NCBI GenBank assembly: GCA_965223325.1
Contig: CBDCWI010000002.1
Span: 2,176,001 to 2,240,000, forward strand
From: Candidatus Multivoradales bacterium
GTDB taxonomy: Bacteria; Acidobacteriota; Thermoanaerobaculia; Multivoradales; Multivoraceae
Direction: 5' to 3'
Length of the DNA stretch: 64,000 nt
The number at the start of each line of letters is the position of its first letter. Positions within the stretch are counted from its first letter, which is position 1. The position numbers and the translations under genes were made by a program. Below, piece by piece: positions 60,804 to 64,000 of the stretch. The notes beneath the pieces are model-generated. The model was not told where the DNA came from and ran no database searches. It saw only the letters and a program-made list of their open reading frames with translations.

Positions 60804-63059
60804 TCAGGGCGAACAGGTTGAGAAGGCCGCCGTGTCGGTAAGCGCCGGAGCGGCAACCCCGACCGGGTTCTCGTGCAGGTAGGTCGAGCCCGTTTCGGAG
60901 TCGGTCACTTCGAGCCGGAAACCAACGTCGGTGGTAGCGGCAGCGAACACCCAGAAGCGGTCGTTGACAGCGCAACCATCGAGGACCTTGACCAACATCT
61001 CCCAGTTGTCCTCGCTGAAGAACCAGAAGAGCCCCGAGTCTTCGGAAGAAACCGGCACAACCTGGCCGCTGCCCGAAGCGCCCGAAGCATTCGTCCATTC
61101 GACTTCGACCCGAAAGCGTCCGTCGTTGAGACACATGGTCGTTTCGCCCGCCACGCAGGGTTCGGGACCACCGGTGACACGACCGTCGAAGTAGTCCTTG
61201 GCGAGGGCGAAAGAGTCGGGCCCGATCTTCGAGCCCATGAACCGCCCCGGGATGTCGTCCTGCGTCGGGTGGATGCCACCGTAGATGCGCGACAAGCTGC
61301 ATTCGTCGGCAGCGTCATAGTAGGTCGCCCACTGCAGTTTCAGGTCGGTTGACGGCCCCTCCTCGAACACCAGGAAGCGGTTCTTGCCGGTCTGGAACTC
61401 GCCGACTCCACCGGGAAAGAACTCCGAGCCAGTAAACAGGGTCAGCAGCTCCGCGGCCGCTCGCGAGTAGGTGCTGTGACCTGAAACGTAGGCGGCAAAG
61501 GGCGGGGTGACGAAACTCGGCCGCTGGTACGGCCACCACTCACTCGCCAGAATCCAGCCCACACCGGCGGTGTCGTTCGAGGGGTTGGAGATGTAGTTCG
61601 GTCCACGCCATGCCCACACCGCGATGTCGCCAATGCGGTGGCGAAGGTGCTCGTGGCGCCCTCCTGGTTCCGACGACAGTTCGGTGATGATCTCGACCCG
61701 GCCCGGCTCGAGTGCCAGACCGACCGGATCGTAGTTCGCCGCCGTCGGATCCGTACGCTGGTGAGCCGCCAGATGGCGGATTACCGAGATCGGTCGCACA
61801 TAGTCGTACCATCCCTTGGCACCCCATGCCGCAATCGCGACATCGTGCATGGTGCCACCGAGCGCGAAGTAGAGCTTCACATCCCACTCGAGATCATTCA
61901 GTAGCTCACCGCTACCCTGGAAGCGTTTCTCGGCGATCTGGTCGGTGACCTCGTTGGCAATCACGAACCAGTGCCCGGGTGGCGTCTCCGAGTCCGGTCC
62001 GTCGGCCCAGAACTCCGCCAGCACACGATAATAGTCGGCGGCGAAAACGACATTGGATGCGTAGGGCTGCCCGGTCAACGGGTTCGTCGCGCGCCCGCTG
62101 CCCGAGTTGGTGCCCAGGGGGTTGTTTCCGCGCGTTCCCGGACTGATATCGATCATCATGCCGTCGGCGGGATCGAGCAGGCTGCTCCACTCGAGCACCT
62201 GCTCGAACCCAGACAGGTACTGGTCTTCGCGCGCGGTGCCCAGGAGCGGCGGTGGACCTGGGTCGTGGTACAAGCGGTACTCGAACCCATCGCGCTCGCC
62301 AACCGTCATGTCTTCTTCTCGGAGGGCGAAGGGCGACACCCAGCCCCACTCCGGGCTGACAAACTCGGGCGTTGCACCCGGGACGACATTGCCCCCTTGA
62401 TCGATGAACACGTCGAGGCTGAGCGGTTGCCAGCGGTTGGGATCAACCAGCCCCGAGGTTCCCGCAACCACTGGAAACAGAGGCGGGTTGACCGGCTCGT
62501 AGAAGCGGTTGGCGTAGTCATTCGACTCGTTGGACCCATCCGTCAAGCCGTAGGCGATCCAGGTCGCGGCCACGCGGTTCCCCAAGGCCGACGGCGTATC
62601 ACCAACCGTTCCGCTGTCCGTCGGGTCATACCCAAGACCGGCCAGAATCGTCTGAATTCTCGTCAGGGTCTGGTCGCGCCCTGGAGAATCGCGGAACCGC
62701 CATTCGATGATTCGATAGGCGGCGAAGCTGATCGCTTCTTCTCGCGCCGCCTCGACGTCGACCGCGGTCGCCCGTTCGTGGTGAAGGTAGGTGTCGGCCT
62801 GGTCGTCGTACGCCGCCCAGGCGTCGTACATCGCGCCCGAGCTGTGGAAGAGGTTGCGTGCATGAACGGTCGGACGGGCAAGGTCACCGCGAATCGCTTC
62901 CAATACCTCGTCGTTCCAGAAGCGCGCCACGGACTTTTGCGCCACCAGCGGCGCTGTGCTGAGAACGCACACCAAGATTGCCGGTGTGAGCTGAAGTGCC
63001 AGGCCCCAGCCACAGCGGAGGTCAGCCTGGGGGGATTCTTTGAGCGGGAAGCGGATCAT
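60804..63059 (-). CDS. secreted vanadium-dependent haloperoxidase family protein with conserved C-terminal domain
   Basis: K......RP (KGWYDYVRP), PPFAAYVSGHS, SRIYGGIH vanadate motifs; SVARFWN..RPTVHARNL N-terminus; start uncertain. Confidence 0.87.
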   Translation of the reverse strand: MIRFPLKESPQADLRCGWGLALQLTPAILVCVLSTAPLVAQKSVARFWNDEVLEAIRGDLARPTVHARNLFHSSGAMYDAWAAYDDQADTYLHHERATAVDVEAAREEAISFAAYRIIEWRFRDSPGRDQTLTRIQTILAGLGYDPTDSGTVGDTPSALGNRVAATWIAYGLTDGSNESNDYANRFYEPVNPPLFPVVAGTSGLVDPNRWQPLSLDVFIDQGGNVVPGATPEFVSPEWGWVSPFALREEDMTVGERDGFEYRLYHDPGPPPLLGTAREDQYLSGFEQVLEWSSLLDPADGMMIDISPGTRGNNPLGTNSGSGRATNPLTGQPYASNVVFAADYYRVLAEFWADGPDSETPPGHWFVIANEVTDQIAEKRFQGSGELLNDLEWDVKLYFALGGTMHDVAIAAWGAKGWYDYVRPISVIRHLAAHQRTDPTAANYDPVGLALEPGRVEIITELSSEPGGRHEHLRHRIGDIAVWAWRGPNYISNPSNDTAGVGWILASEWWPYQRPSFVTPPFAAYVSGHSTYSRAAAELLTLFTGSEFFPGGVGEFQTGKNRFLVFEEGPSTDLKLQWATYYDAADECSLSRIYGGIHPTQDDIPGRFMGSKIGPDSFALAKDYFDGRVTGGPEPCVAGETTMCLNDGRFRVEVEWTNASGASGSGQVVPVSSEDSGLFWFFSEDNWEMLVKVLDGCAVNDRFWVFAAATTDVGFRLEVTDSETGSTYLHENPVGVAAPALTDTAAFSTCSP

Positions 63060-63187
63060 GGGAAGTCTCCTGGCTGCCGATCGAGTGGCAACGAATTCCC
63101 GAACAATAACTCCACATCCTCGTTTTACAAAGAACCCTAGGTACAATCCCCAGGAGCAGCTGCCCGCGGCGCCGCCAGAATGGAGAT

Positions 63188-64000
63188 TTACGGGCCCGAA
63201 AGCGCCTCGACCGGCGCCACACGCGTCGCCCGCAGGGCCGGCACCAACGACGCGACCATCGCCAGCAACACAATTCCCAGAACGACGCTCGCCAGAATCA
63301 TCGGCTCATGGGGACGCACACCGAACAGGAGGCCGGCGAGCAGGCGCGAGGTCACGAGGCTTGCGGCAGTTCCCACCGCCACTCCAGCGAGGGTCAGGAC
63401 GAGTCCGGAGCGTAGGAACTGCCCGAGCACCTGCTGGCGCCGCGCCCCGAGAGCCATTCGTACACCAATCTCGTGCCGCTCCTGCGCGATCGAATAGCTC
63501 AAGAGGCCGTAGACCCCGAGCAGAGACAAGAGCACCGCAATCGCGGCAAAGGCGCCCAACAGGAGCACCACGAACCGCCGCTTGGCCAACGACGCATCGA
63601 CCGTCTCGCTCATCGTGCCGATGTCGTAGAGGGCGATGGCCGGGTCGAGCTCGCGCACCACGCTTTCGAGAGCGGGCACGATCGCCCTGGGGTCGCCGTC
63701 GGTACGCACCATCAGGGTCGCCGCACCTCGATGAGGTGCCTGCGCCAGCGGTACATAGACCGCCGGAGGCGTTGCGCTCTCGAGCCCATGGATCTTCTCG
63801 TTCACAATCACACCAACGATCTCGCGTTCGACTCCCCAGAAGGCCAGGCGCTGTCCGAGCGCGGCTCCTCCCGGAAAGAATCGATCGATGGCTGCTTGGT
63901 TGACGACCGCCACCGCCGGCCGATCGACCGCGTCGCGCTCGCTGAACAGTCGCCCGTCGGCGCGTCTCAAGCGATTGGTCTCGAAGTACTCACGTGAAAC
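63188..64000 (-). CDS. MacB/FtsX-type ABC permease (5' part outside window)
   Basis: EIGVRMALGA, LLFGV.P, PALRATRV.P..AL; paralog of 3335-6055. Confidence 0.88.
   Translation of the reverse strand, partial: VSREYFETNRLRRADGRLFSERDAVDRPAVAVVNQAAIDRFFPGGAALGQRLAFWGVEREIVGVIVNEKIHGLESATPPAVYVPLAQAPHRGAATLMVRTDGDPRAIVPALESVVRELDPAIALYDIGTMSETVDASLAKRRFVVLLLGAFAAIAVLLSLLGVYGLLSYSIAQERHEIGVRMALGARRQQVLGQFLRSGLVLTLAGVAVGTAASLVTSRLLAGLLFGVRPHEPMILASVVLGIVLLAMVASLVPALRATRVAPVEALSGP

Overview
A GC-rich bacterial chromosomal window with about 50 CDSs. It is most likely Acidobacteriota (Thermoanaerobaculia-like), inferred from the PadR plus MacB/FtsX 'duplicated orphan permease' pair and a recurrent C-terminal 'FWFFS.DN.E...KVL.GC..N.RFW.FAA..TDV' domain. 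Recognisable blocks are: CoA-transferase/GST/SDR genes; two CBS genes, nitronate monooxygenase and a Na+/solute symporter; TolB-like PD40 and M28-PA-PDZ peptidase genes with an inserted nucleotidyltransferase module; SpoIIE phosphatase and apaH; a preATP-grasp ligase; DUF3604; a heme-c/Cu type-II monooxygenase; a menaquinone operon (polyprenyl synthase, menG, F, D, H, A, E, with no menB or menC) headed by a GbsR/MarR regulator with a perfect palindromic site; a V8-like protease that has lost its catalytic triad; a TRAP transporter; an M48, Ser/Thr kinase-PEGA, TPR-NHL, PEGA-PDZ cluster; ferredoxin; cbpA-clpB; DUF1015; and a vanadium haloperoxidase. Two near-identical 166-bp CTAG-bounded MITEs sit exactly at TAG stop codons. 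I saw no rRNA, tRNA, CRISPR array or transposase. All products were assigned by motif recognition only; no database search was run.
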